A stretch of 64,000 nt of DNA from Acidimicrobiia bacterium (GTDB lineage Bacteria > Actinomycetota > Acidimicrobiia > Spongiisociales > ZC4RG35): contig JBGTFH010000078.1 in assembly GCA_041747375.1 (NCBI GenBank), positions 37,558 to 101,557 of the forward strand, in the 5' to 3' direction. This document shows, one piece after another, positions 54,144-63,322 of the stretch. Within the stretch, counting starts at the first letter, position 1, and each line of letters starts with the position of its first letter. The notes under the pieces were generated by a model. The model was not told the DNA's origin and searched no databases. It saw nothing but the letters and a program-made list of their open reading frames with translations. The position numbers and the translations under genes are program-made.

Positions 54144-55298
54144 ATGAACTTTGGAGAAATACGGGCTGGAGTCGTGGGCGTAGGATTCATCGGCCTTGCC
54201 CACATCGAGGCCCTCCGGCGGCTAGGCGTCAACGTAGTAGGAGTGGTTGGATCGTCGCCCGAAAGGGGGCGGGACAAGGCGGAGTCGACTGGTGTCGGCC
54301 GGGCCTTTGAGAGCGTGGCGGAGATGGCTGCCGACCCGAACATCGACGTAATCCACCTCGCCAGCCCCAACTACGCCCACGCCGAGCAGGCTCGTCTCGT
54401 CCTCGACGCCGGCAAGCACATTGTTTGTGAAAAGCCGCTGGCACTCAATTCCGAAGACACGGCCGACCTAGTCGCCCGGGCCGACACATCCGGGCTGGTC
54501 AACGCGGTCTGTTTCAACATCCGGTTCTATCCGGCCAACCACCAGGCCATGGCCATGGTCGCCGCAGGCGAGATCGGAGAGCCGCGATTCATCACCGGTT
54601 CGTATCACCAGGATTGGCTGCTCCTGGAAACCGACTGGAACTGGCGTCTCCAGCCGGAGGAGGCGGGCCAGCTACGCGCCGTCGCCGATATCGGTTCCCA
54701 CTGGCTCGACCTGACCAGGTTCATCTCGGGCCGGGGGGTGATCGAGGTCATGGCCGACCTCCACACTCTTGTGGCAGTGAGGAAACACCCGGCCGGACCG
54801 ATCGAGACCTTCGCAACCGTCGCTAAAGGCCAAGAGCTGATCGAAGAGACGATGACCAGTGACGACGCCGCCGGAATTCTGTTGCGATTCGAGGACGGGG
54901 CCCGGGGAGTGGTCACCATCTCGCAGGTATCCGCTGGCCAGAAGAACGCGGTCCGCTATGAGATTGCCGGGAGCGAGTCAGCGCTCCGTTGGGACTCGAC
55001 CGTCCCCGACGACCTCTTCATCGGGCACCGGGGACGCCCCAACGAGGTGTTGAGTCGCGACGCCGGGCTCTATGCCCCCGATGCAGCAGACCTCGTGGGC
55101 TATCCAGGCGGTCATGTCGAGGGCTTCCCCGACACGTTTCGCGCCCTTTTCTCGAAGGTCTACGAGGATGTGTTGGCCGGGACTCCATCCGCTGCACCGA
55201 GATACCCCACGTTCGCCGACGGACACGACGCCGTGCTCGTCACCGACGCCATCGCCAGGAGTCATCAGAGCCAGAGTTGGACACAGGTCGCAAGATAA
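54144..55298 (+). CDS. Gfo/Idh/MocA family oxidoreductase
   Basis: MNFGEIRAGVVGVGFIGLAH N terminus and EKPLAL motif. The start is ATG 54144 or ATG 54093; the ORF extends back to 53937. Confidence 0.85.
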   Translation: MNFGEIRAGVVGVGFIGLAHIEALRRLGVNVVGVVGSSPERGRDKAESTGVGRAFESVAEMAADPNIDVIHLASPNYAHAEQARLVLDAGKHIVCEKPLALNSEDTADLVARADTSGLVNAVCFNIRFYPANHQAMAMVAAGEIGEPRFITGSYHQDWLLLETDWNWRLQPEEAGQLRAVADIGSHWLDLTRFISGRGVIEVMADLHTLVAVRKHPAGPIETFATVAKGQELIEETMTSDDAAGILLRFEDGARGVVTISQVSAGQKNAVRYEIAGSESALRWDSTVPDDLFIGHRGRPNEVLSRDAGLYAPDAADLVGYPGGHVEGFPDTFRALFSKVYEDVLAGTPSAAPRYPTFADGHDAVLVTDAIARSHQSQSWTQVAR

Positions 55299-55307
55299 GG
55301 AGAAGAG

Positions 55308-56222
55308 ATGAAACTAGGACTACTCACTGCCCCGTTCCCCGAGACACCCCTCGACGAAGTCGCCGACTGGACAGCGGCCAATGGGTTCACCGCCGTCGAG
55401 ATCGCGTGCTGGCCGGCTTCGAGTGGTGACACCCGACGCTACGCCGGCACCAGCCACATCGATGTGGCCGACCTCTCCGAGACCAGGGCTTCGGAGATCA
55501 CGGGTGGAATGACCGAGCGAGGCCTGGAGATCTCCGGTCTGGGTTACTACCCCAATCCACTCCACCCCGATGCCGAGCATCAGCGAATGGTGATCGATCA
55601 CCTCAAGAAAGTCATCGCCGCGGCCGGAAAGATGGACGTTCCGATCGTCAACACGTTTATCGGCGCCGATCGGTCGAAGACCCAGGACGAGAACTTCGAG
55701 GGGGCGAAAAAGGTCTGGCCGGAGATCATCTCGGCAGCAGACGACGCCGGGGTGAGAATCGCCATCGAGAACTGCCCCATGATTTTCTCAAAAGACGAGT
55801 GGCCTTCGGGACACAACCTGGCCTACAACCCGAGGATCTGGCGTCGGATGTTCGAAGAGTTCGGCGAGACTATCGGCCTCAACTTCGATCCGTCGCACCT
55901 GGTCTGGCTGATGATCGATATCGAGAGCGCCATCATGGAGTTCGGCAGTCGCTTCTACTTTTTTCAGGCGAAAGACGTGATGATCGACTACGAGGGCCTC
56001 TACGAAAACGGAACCCTCTCGTCTGGTATCGGCTGGCAGATTCCACGTTTGCCCGGTCTCGGCCACGTCGACTGGGGTGTGGTGTTTTCTGCCCTCTATC
56101 GGTCTGGATACGACGGTCCGATCATCATCGAACACGAGGACCGCGATTTCGAAAAGACCGACGAACTCGTGAAGAGGGGTTTTCTCATCGCCCGGGACGT
56201 TCTCCAGCCCTACATCCACTAG
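55308..56222 (+). CDS. sugar phosphate isomerase/epimerase (xylose isomerase-like TIM barrel)
   Basis: RBS AAGGAGAAGAG upstream. IAIENCP and IIEHED motifs are typical of the AP_endonuc_2 / xylose-isomerase-like fold. Confidence 0.8.
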   Translation: MKLGLLTAPFPETPLDEVADWTAANGFTAVEIACWPASSGDTRRYAGTSHIDVADLSETRASEITGGMTERGLEISGLGYYPNPLHPDAEHQRMVIDHLKKVIAAAGKMDVPIVNTFIGADRSKTQDENFEGAKKVWPEIISAADDAGVRIAIENCPMIFSKDEWPSGHNLAYNPRIWRRMFEEFGETIGLNFDPSHLVWLMIDIESAIMEFGSRFYFFQAKDVMIDYEGLYENGTLSSGIGWQIPRLPGLGHVDWGVVFSALYRSGYDGPIIIEHEDRDFEKTDELVKRGFLIARDVLQPYIH

Positions 56223-56267
56223 TGCGCGGTGCGGGCCGGTCAAATGCCGCCGGGCATAGCTACATAG

Positions 56268-57572
56268 ATGCCTGATTACGACGTCGTCGTCGTCGGGTCC
56301 GGCTCAGCCGGATCTCCTGCCGCGATCGCAGCTGCGAGGGGCGGGGCAAGGACCCTGCTCATCGAGAAGCTCCCCTTCCTAGGGGGCAACTCGACGGCGG
56401 TTCTGGACACCTTCTACGGTTTCTACACGCCGGGCGAACATGCTCACAAGGTGGTCGGTGGAATCGGCGACGAAGTCGTCTCGGCGCTGCGGAAACTGGG
56501 GCCGGTCCTGGAACGACCCAACACCTATGGGGCGGGAACCGGAGTCACCTACTTCGCCGAACACCTCAAAGTGGTCTGGGAGCGTCTGGTCGAAGACGCC
56601 GGGGTTGACATTCTGCTCCACGCATTTGTTCAGGACGCGTCTCTGAATGACGGTCGGGTCTCTTCGCTGAAGGTGGCAACCAAGGCGGGGATGAGGGAGG
56701 TCTCATCGAGCGTGGTGGTGGATTGCTCCGGCGACGCCGACGTCTGTTTTCACGCCGGCATCGGATACGAGCTCGCCGGCGAGTTGGATTCTGCCCAAAC
56801 CCTGACCACCACATTCCGCATGGTGAACGTCGACCACGTGGCGAGAAAGACAATCACAAAAGAGCAGATGCACCAGTTGATGTCGGAGGCGGCCGGGTCG
56901 GGTTACGACCTGCCCAGACGGGAGGGAAGCGACCACATCACTCCGATCGACGGAATGACGGCAACTGTGATGACCCGTGTCGATCAGGTCAACCGCTGGG
57001 ACGACGGCACCGTCCGCAACGCCACCGACCCGGAGATCCTCACCACCGCCGAGATCGAAGGACGACGTCAGGCGCTCGAGTATGCCCGCTTTCTGATCGA
57101 CAAGGTGCCCGGGTATGAGAACGCTTCGCTGGTGGCGCTGTCCTCTCAGATCGGGTTGCGGGAAACCCGCCGTGTCTACGGCGACTATCGAATCACCCGT
57201 GAAGACGTGTTGCAGGCAGCGCAGTTCGACGACCAGATCGGGCTTTGTGGAGCGCCGATCGAGGATCATCACGGCGGCGAAGGGGACGGCACCACCTGGG
57301 AATATCTCCCCGAGGGCCAGGCTGTCGGCATCCCTTATCGGACTCTCGTCGCCCGCGACGCAACGAACGTGCTCATGGCGGGCCGATGCTTTTCCGCGAC
57401 CCACGATGCCCAGGCCTCGATTCGTTCGATGGCGCAATGCATGGCGATGGGCCAGGCTGTCGGGACCGCCGCCGCCATCGCCGCTTCGGGCTCGGGCAGC
57501 GTCAGAGATATAGCGGCAAGCGTATTGCGTGACCGGCTCCGGTCCGACGGGGCGATCCTCGAACTCTCATGA
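56268..57572 (+). CDS. FAD-dependent oxidoreductase (FAD_oxidored / GidA-like N terminus)
   Basis: YDVVVVGSGSAGSPAAIAAARGGARTLLIEK. Confidence 0.75.
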   Translation: MPDYDVVVVGSGSAGSPAAIAAARGGARTLLIEKLPFLGGNSTAVLDTFYGFYTPGEHAHKVVGGIGDEVVSALRKLGPVLERPNTYGAGTGVTYFAEHLKVVWERLVEDAGVDILLHAFVQDASLNDGRVSSLKVATKAGMREVSSSVVVDCSGDADVCFHAGIGYELAGELDSAQTLTTTFRMVNVDHVARKTITKEQMHQLMSEAAGSGYDLPRREGSDHITPIDGMTATVMTRVDQVNRWDDGTVRNATDPEILTTAEIEGRRQALEYARFLIDKVPGYENASLVALSSQIGLRETRRVYGDYRITREDVLQAAQFDDQIGLCGAPIEDHHGGEGDGTTWEYLPEGQAVGIPYRTLVARDATNVLMAGRCFSATHDAQASIRSMAQCMAMGQAVGTAAAIAASGSGSVRDIAASVLRDRLRSDGAILELS

Positions 57573-58510
57573 TTGTGCGGACGGTGCTCGGTGACATTGA
57601 GCCCGCGTCGATGGGGGTCACTTTCGCTCATGAGCACCTCATAATCGACAGCGAGGTGGTTGCCGAGAAAATGCCCCACATCTCCCTCCCACACGTTGAA
57701 GAGGCTGTTGCCGAGGTGTCGGAGTGTGCCGTGGCTGGTGTCGGGACGATGTTGGATGCGATGCCGACCGGGTCGGGTCGGAACCTCGAGAAACTGGCTG
57801 AGGTCTCGCTCCGGACCGGGGTCAACGTTATCGCCGCGACCGGGATGCACACTCGGAAGTATTACGAAGGTGTCGATTGGGTGGACGACTCGGCCGACGA
57901 CCTGGCCACCCATTTCACAGCTGAGATACTCGATGGAGTCGACGGAATCCGAACCGGTGTGATGAAAGTGGCGTCATCGACTGAGCGGATCACCCCACAA
58001 GAGCGGGAGCTGTTCCTCGCCGCAGGGTTGGTGCACCATGCAACCGGTGTCCCCATTCTCACCCACTGCGAAGATGGCAAGGGGGCAATCGAGCAGGTCA
58101 GCGCACTGGTCGGTGCCGGGATCGAGCCTGGACAGATACTCCTCTCCCATACCGACAGGGTCACAGATCGGGGCTACCACCGGGAGATACTGTCCATTGG
58201 CGTCAACGTGGAATATGACCAATCGTTGCGCCAGCATTTGGTGGGCTCCGACGACACCGCCCGGTTGATTGCCGACATGTGGCACGACGGTTTCGGCCAC
58301 CAGATCTTGTTGGGGACCGACGGCGCCCGACGTTCCCTGTGGACGACTTTTGGCGGTGCCCCCGGCCTGGCCTGGCTCTACACCGGTCTCCCGGGTGTGC
58401 TGACAGGACTCAGTCTGGGCCACTCAGAGATCAAAACGATGTTCATGACCAACCCGGCCCGGGTGCTGTCATTCAACCCACCACCCGACGCACCGATGGA
58501 TGACGAGTAA
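57569..58510 (+). CDS. phosphotriesterase-homology protein (amidohydrolase superfamily; likely a sugar-lactonase-type member)
   Basis: The N terminus G.TFAHEHLIID provides the HxH metal ligands. 313 aa. 4-nt overlap with the upstream gene. Confidence 0.8.
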   Translation: MIVRTVLGDIEPASMGVTFAHEHLIIDSEVVAEKMPHISLPHVEEAVAEVSECAVAGVGTMLDAMPTGSGRNLEKLAEVSLRTGVNVIAATGMHTRKYYEGVDWVDDSADDLATHFTAEILDGVDGIRTGVMKVASSTERITPQERELFLAAGLVHHATGVPILTHCEDGKGAIEQVSALVGAGIEPGQILLSHTDRVTDRGYHREILSIGVNVEYDQSLRQHLVGSDDTARLIADMWHDGFGHQILLGTDGARRSLWTTFGGAPGLAWLYTGLPGVLTGLSLGHSEIKTMFMTNPARVLSFNPPPDAPMDDE

Positions 58511-58954
58511 AACGCGCGATTTCCACCGTCCACCCCCGGCCGTTGCACCAGACGACGGAGTTTGCGGAGCAAACTCCCAAGGAATCCGCAGGATTCCCGG
58601 CCACCCCCTCCATCGCTCCCGCGTTCTTCTCTCCCTCCAATTTGGAGGGAGTGGCATCGTCCCGAACAGGGACGATGACGAGGGTGGGCCTAAAGACACC
58701 AACACTGCCGAACGCGTGGTCTCCACCACCCACCCCTCCATTCGACTCCTTTAATGGAGGTGGAACAAAAGGCGATGTCCGCGTCCTACTCTCCCTCAAA
58801 TTTGGAGGGAGTGGCATCGTCCCGAACAGGGACGATGACGAGGGTGGGCCTAAAGACACCAACACTGGCCGAACGCGTGGTCTCCACCACCCACCCCCGG
58901 CCGTTGCTTCCCGCAACAGCCACCCCCTCCATTCGACTCCGTCTCTGGAGGGGG
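58511..58954. repeat. composite tandem repeat (about 160-nt period, 2 full units plus 1 partial) densely packed with perfect hairpins
   Basis: The 77-nt cores at 58631-58707 and 58791-58867 are 76/77 identical. The flanking module GAACGCGTGGTCTCCACCACCCACCCC occurs at 58710-58736 and 58871-58897, with a diverged copy at 58511-58536. At least nine hairpins with 5-9-bp stems are present (listed in findings). Confidence 0.8.
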
Positions 58955-58998
58955 AGTTGGAGCCTCAGCGGTAGCAAACGCGACTGTCCCCCACCGGT

Positions 58999-59700
58999 CT
59001 ACAACAGCGCGGCGGCTGATTCGTCCGCCCACACCACGACATTTGCGGCCTCACGAAGGTAGGTCGCCGGTAGGTCCGGTCCCAAGTTGTCGTTCAGAGT
59101 TCCTGCCAGGACTTCCGCCTTGTGCCGCCCGGTGACCAGGAGCCAGATTTCCCGGGAAGCGAGGAGTCGGGCCATTCCCACGGTCATCCCCCAATCGGTT
59201 TCAGCGGCGGCCCCGTACTCATCGATCCCATTTGCGGTCGATTCGCTCAGTTCAACGACGCGGGTGGGGCTGTGGGCGTCGGAGCCCGGTTCGTTGAGAC
59301 CGAGATGTCCGTTCCCTCCGAGCCCGAGCATGGTCAGGTCGAGGCCTCCATGGGCGAGCAGCATCTCATAACGGCCACACTCCTGATCGAGATCTTTCGC
59401 CTGGGGGTTCAACCATTCGACCATGGCGGGTGGAGTGGGAAGCAGAGCCAACAAATCACGTCGCAACATCTCATCGCATCGGCCTGGGTCTCCCGGGGGC
59501 AGCCCGAACTCGTCTAGGAGGAACACTGTCGAGCGGGAGAAGTCGCCGCGATTGGCGGCCAACGAGTAAACCGAACGTGGGGTGGCTCCTGTGGGAAGGC
59601 ACATTCGCAGCGTTGGATTCGCCGCCAATCGAGCGGTCCATTCCGATGCGACAGCTTCAGCCCAGTCGGGATCGGCTACGACCTCGAGACGGAGGGTCAA
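58999..59700 (-). CDS. glucosamine-6-phosphate deaminase / 6-phosphogluconolactonase (NagB/Pgl) family protein
   Basis: [18 protein letters not shown] and [16 protein letters not shown] motifs. I chose TTG 59700, which forms a TTGA overlap with the stop of the upstream gene. The longer ORF to 59853 would overlap that gene by about 150 nt. Confidence 0.8.
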   Translation of the reverse strand: MTLRLEVVADPDWAEAVASEWTARLAANPTLRMCLPTGATPRSVYSLAANRGDFSRSTVFLLDEFGLPPGDPGRCDEMLRRDLLALLPTPPAMVEWLNPQAKDLDQECGRYEMLLAHGGLDLTMLGLGGNGHLGLNEPGSDAHSPTRVVELSESTANGIDEYGAAAETDWGMTVGMARLLASREIWLLVTGRHKAEVLAGTLNDNLGPDLPATYLREAANVVVWADESAAALL

Positions 59701-60893
59701 CCGCCGGTCACGATGTCGAAGATGGAGCCGGTGTCTTTGTCGGCGAGGATCAGCTTGGAACGCCCGTCGGGCAAAACCTCCTCTTTGACAATGGCGTGCC
59801 CCTCGTGGAGCGCCGTTTTCTTCTCGATCCTCGGGGTGCTGCCACCCCTCCATTCGACATCGACTGGTTCCCAGAGCTTTGAATCAGCTGACTTGTAGGC
59901 GGCGTCCATGATCGCGTTGACGACGTATCCGTCGTAGAAGGTTTCCTGGGGCTCGCGGCCCTCCTCCATTGCCTCGAACATGTCGGTGAACATGTCGACA
60001 TACCCGAGTTCGGCGACCTCGTCACCGACGGGGAATAGCCAACCCTCACTCGATTCGGATTTCTCGGCGACGTAACCGCCACCGCCACCTGATGTGTACA
60101 TCTCAAACCCGGTGCGGAGAAAGTGGTCCAACCAGATGGTTCCCTCGGTCCCTGCTACCTCGTCACGAAGGTCCATCCCGCCGCGGAACGTCCACGAGAC
60201 TTCGAACTGGCCGAGTGCGCCCGACTCGAATCTCACCAGTGCGACCGCGTTGTCCTCGGCCTTGATCGGGTGGACCAGGGTGTCTGCCCAGCACATCACC
60301 TCGATCGGTCGGTTGCCTTTACCAACGAAATTGCGGATTATCTCGATGCAGTGGCATCCGAGATCGACGATGGCACCACCTCCCGCCTGGTCTTTGTCCC
60401 AGAACCAGGCGCTGTGCGGACCGGGATGGGTCTCACGCGAGCGCACCCAGGTCACGTCGCCGATGGCGCCACTGCGCACCGATGCGACCGCTTTGAGAGA
60501 TTTGGGTGTGTAACAAAGGTCCTCGAGGTATCCGGCGAAGACACCAGCCGACTCGACCTTGTCGAGGATCCGCTTGGCCTCGGCGCCGTTCCTGGCCAGA
60601 GGCTTGGTGCAGAGAACTGCCTTGCCGGCGTCGGCGACTTTGCCGATGACTTCCTCATGGAGATGGTTAGGCAGGGCAACGACGACCACATCGGTGTCGG
60701 AATGGTTTATCGCCTCGTCGATGTCGGTGGTGTGATGGGCGACGTCCCATCTCCCTGCGAAGGCACTCCCCCGTTCCTCGGATCTCGAGTAGACCACTTC
60801 CACCCGATCCCGGGAACGTTGGGCATGAAGCGTCGCCGTGTAGAAATCACCGATCAGGCCCGTTCCGAGCATGGTGACTTGGTGTGACTTCAT
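59697..60893 (-). CDS. Gfo/Idh/MocA family oxidoreductase
   Basis: [14 protein letters not shown] terminus and CTKPLA motif, 398 aa. Confidence 0.85.
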   Translation of the reverse strand: MKSHQVTMLGTGLIGDFYTATLHAQRSRDRVEVVYSRSEERGSAFAGRWDVAHHTTDIDEAINHSDTDVVVVALPNHLHEEVIGKVADAGKAVLCTKPLARNGAEAKRILDKVESAGVFAGYLEDLCYTPKSLKAVASVRSGAIGDVTWVRSRETHPGPHSAWFWDKDQAGGGAIVDLGCHCIEIIRNFVGKGNRPIEVMCWADTLVHPIKAEDNAVALVRFESGALGQFEVSWTFRGGMDLRDEVAGTEGTIWLDHFLRTGFEMYTSGGGGGYVAEKSESSEGWLFPVGDEVAELGYVDMFTDMFEAMEEGREPQETFYDGYVVNAIMDAAYKSADSKLWEPVDVEWRGGSTPRIEKKTALHEGHAIVKEEVLPDGRSKLILADKDTGSIFDIVTGG

Positions 60894-61011
60894 TGGGGGT
60901 GACCTCCGGTTTTAGTGGTGTTGTCTATACAACCTAATCGGCAGAGATCCACGTCGCCTCCGAGTCCGATCAGGAATTGGCGAAGCAAAGACTGGTTCAA
61001 CGCTTACATTG

Positions 61012-61053
61012 ACTTTCACGATACGTGAATATATATTTATGATTCGTGAAAGT
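61012..61053. promoter_or_regulatory. inverted repeat flanking an AT-rich spacer, candidate autoregulatory operator of the wHTH-MNT gene
   Basis: ACTTTCACGA (61012-61021) and TCGTGAAAGT (61044-61053) are perfect reverse complements. A third CGTGAA half-site lies at 61024-61029. The spacer is TGAATATATATTTATGA. The right arm covers GTG start 61046. Confidence 0.5.
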
Positions 61054-61600
61054 AAGTACCCGGTTGCCGATCTTCAGATCGGCTGAGCAGGAGAGGCTGT
61101 TAGGCGAACTCTTCGTCTTCGCCGACCATCCGATCTCGCTGACCGAGTTGGCCGCACGTACCGGAACTTCGCTGGGTGGCGCCCACAAAGAGGCGGAGCG
61201 ACTCGAGTCGGCGGGGCTGATCAGGTCCACGACGATTGGACGGAATCGCTTGATCGAGGCCGACCCGTCCTCCCCGGTATACGTCGAATTGTCCGGACTG
61301 TTGCGGAAGACACTAGGCCCCGAGCCGCTGCTTCGCGCCGGCCTCGCCGACGTGGACGGGATACTTGATGCCTTCATCTACGGCTCCTGGGCCGACCCGA
61401 CGAACAAAGCTCCAGCAGACATAGATGTGCTCGTCGTCGGCGATCCCGACGTGGGAGCCGTCTACGACGTCGCCAGCGCAGTGGAGGTCGAGATCGGGCG
61501 GCCCGTCAATGTCACGGTCCGCTCCCCGGCTGAATGGGAAGAATCCAACGGCGGGTTCGAAAAAGCAGTCAAGTCCGGTCAGCGGATCGATCTGCGATGA
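61046..61600 (+). CDS. winged-helix (ArsR-like) domain fused to a minimal nucleotidyltransferase (MNT) domain
   Basis: ISLTELAARTGTSLGGAHKEAERLESAGLI is the wHTH region. IYGSWAD...DIDVLVVG is the NTase GS...DxD motif. The GTG start is uncertain. Confidence 0.7.
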   Translation: MKVSTRLPIFRSAEQERLLGELFVFADHPISLTELAARTGTSLGGAHKEAERLESAGLIRSTTIGRNRLIEADPSSPVYVELSGLLRKTLGPEPLLRAGLADVDGILDAFIYGSWADPTNKAPADIDVLVVGDPDVGAVYDVASAVEVEIGRPVNVTVRSPAEWEESNGGFEKAVKSGQRIDLR

Positions 61601-62019
61601 GCACACTCGATGATTTGCGAGACAAGGGGCTCATCGAGCCGGTCGAAACTGATGAGGGCACCGCCACCCGATGGTTGGACGACGCCGCTCGTCACCTCGA
61701 AGCCGCCGCCAGGATCGCCGACCTCGACCCTTCGGGGGCTTATGTTCTCGCATACGACGCAGCTAGAAAGTCGATCGCAGGTGCCCTCCTGACAGCTGGT
61801 TACAGGGTTCTGAGCCGCCCGGGGTCGCATCAGGCTCTGGCTCAGTACGCGGACTCTCTGGCCGCCGAGACTGGTGAGCAGGCGCTAAAGCGGTTTGACC
61901 GACTGAGACGAAACCGAAACGGATCCGAGTACGGGTCGCGAACCTTCGGAAAAGCTGAGGTTCAAGAAGCCATCGAAACGGCCCATGCCATCCGTGCCGC
62001 CAGCGCGAATCGGACCTGA
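61597..62019 (+). CDS. HEPN domain protein (cognate partner of the MNT protein)
   Basis: ATGA start/stop overlap with the MNT gene. 140-aa helical protein with the HEPN-like elements HLEAAARI...AYDAARKSIAGALL...RLRRNRNGSEYG. Confidence 0.6.
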   Translation: MSTLDDLRDKGLIEPVETDEGTATRWLDDAARHLEAAARIADLDPSGAYVLAYDAARKSIAGALLTAGYRVLSRPGSHQALAQYADSLAAETGEQALKRFDRLRRNRNGSEYGSRTFGKAEVQEAIETAHAIRAASANRT

Positions 62020-62111
62020 TATCGACACAAACGTGGTCATGGTCCAAATCAGCGTCACCAACGACAGAAGTCCGATGGACGGCCAGCCACCACCGGGCAA
62101 CACGAGATGCG

Positions 62112-63284
62112 ATGATGGATCCTGTGACTGAACTTCTCCAGCCATTCGTCGGGTACATTCCTGCGTCCGATTTTGGACGGCGCGTGGTCGGGCCGCCGAG
62201 TGCAACCCTCACCGACGAGCAGAAGGAAGCTGCCATTGGGGATGCACTGAGTTTCAGACAGTCGGCGGGCCGAAAAGCCGGGTGTTCCAGCGCCGAGGCC
62301 GAGAACTGGCTCGACGGCCTGCTCAGTGACGGCGCACTTCTCGAGACAGGTCCTGGTGTGGTTGTCTACCGACAGGAGGCGGGCGACTTCGTTGCCGAGG
62401 GCATCATTGCTGACGTTTCGCTCGACGCATACAAAGCGGGACGGGTGAAACGGCACGAGAAAACGATTGCCAAGACCCAAGGGAAGATGGCCGAGTACAT
62501 GCGGACCACTCGCTTGTTCGGTAACCCGACGGTGACGGCATTTCCCCCCAAATCCGAAGTCGAAGAAGCAATCAAAAGTCATACCGTGCGAGAGCCCACA
62601 TCCACCTTCACGACGGTGGACGCGATCAAACACCACCTCTGGCACGTCGGCGGCGACGCGGCCTACAGGCTTTGTCGACTCATCGACACCGACCTCTACA
62701 TCACCGATGGCCACCACCGGCTGGCGGCCGCTGCATTGGTCGCCTCTGATGAGGGCCGCCCCGATGCCCGGATACCGGTAGGCGTGTTCTCAGCCGGCGA
62801 GTTCCGGTTACGCTCTTTCGCCAGGTGCATCACCGACACCGACTTCGACGCCACCGCCGTCATCACCGCGCTGCGGACAGCCTTCGAGCTGGAAGAGGTC
62901 GCCATGGAGGAGGCGTTCCCCCGCTCCCGGTACGAGTTCGGTGCAAAGATCCGCGATCGCTATTTCCGTCTCCGCATCCCTCACGATCGAATCCCGGCGG
63001 ACCACTACGGATCGCTCAACACCAACCTGATCCAGGATCTTGTCCTCGGGCCGGTTTTTGGTGTCACCCACCCACGATTGGACAAGCGGCTCAAGTTCGT
63101 TGCCAACCTCGGCGACATCGGCGAGTCATGCGTCGTATCTGATGCTTGGTTTCTGCCTTTTCCATTGGAAGTGAGTGACGTGATGGCGGTCGCCAACTCG
63201 GACCGAACGATGCCGGCCAAGTCGACCTGGTTCGCACCCAAGCTGCCGAGCGGACTGGTAATCCGACCGCTCGACCAGTCTTGA
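62112..63284 (+). CDS. DUF1015 family protein
   Basis: 390 aa with an ITDGHHRLAAA motif and the overall DUF1015 pattern (N-terminal ...LQPFVGYIP...). Confidence 0.7.
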   Translation: MMDPVTELLQPFVGYIPASDFGRRVVGPPSATLTDEQKEAAIGDALSFRQSAGRKAGCSSAEAENWLDGLLSDGALLETGPGVVVYRQEAGDFVAEGIIADVSLDAYKAGRVKRHEKTIAKTQGKMAEYMRTTRLFGNPTVTAFPPKSEVEEAIKSHTVREPTSTFTTVDAIKHHLWHVGGDAAYRLCRLIDTDLYITDGHHRLAAAALVASDEGRPDARIPVGVFSAGEFRLRSFARCITDTDFDATAVITALRTAFELEEVAMEEAFPRSRYEFGAKIRDRYFRLRIPHDRIPADHYGSLNTNLIQDLVLGPVFGVTHPRLDKRLKFVANLGDIGESCVVSDAWFLPFPLEVSDVMAVANSDRTMPAKSTWFAPKLPSGLVIRPLDQS

Positions 63285-63322
63285 ACGCCGGCGGGCACCA
63301 CGTTCTTTCGAGGGGTCGCCCT

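Noticed and set aside
58511-58954. CRISPR array as an explanation for the repeats at 58.5-59.0 kb.
   Set aside because: The repeat cores are 77 nt or longer and there are only two full copies. The 'spacers' are themselves repeated modules, and no cas genes are present in the window. None of this is consistent with CRISPR architecture.
58473-59062. ORFs spanning the repeat array on both strands (58473..58916 -, 58469..58741 -, 58543..58974 +, 58754..59062 +) as repeat-containing proteins.
   Set aside because: The repeat period is 160-161 nt, so consecutive copies fall in different frames of any one ORF. No RBS or start context is visible. The peptides are low-complexity Pro/Gly/Ser-rich sequence.
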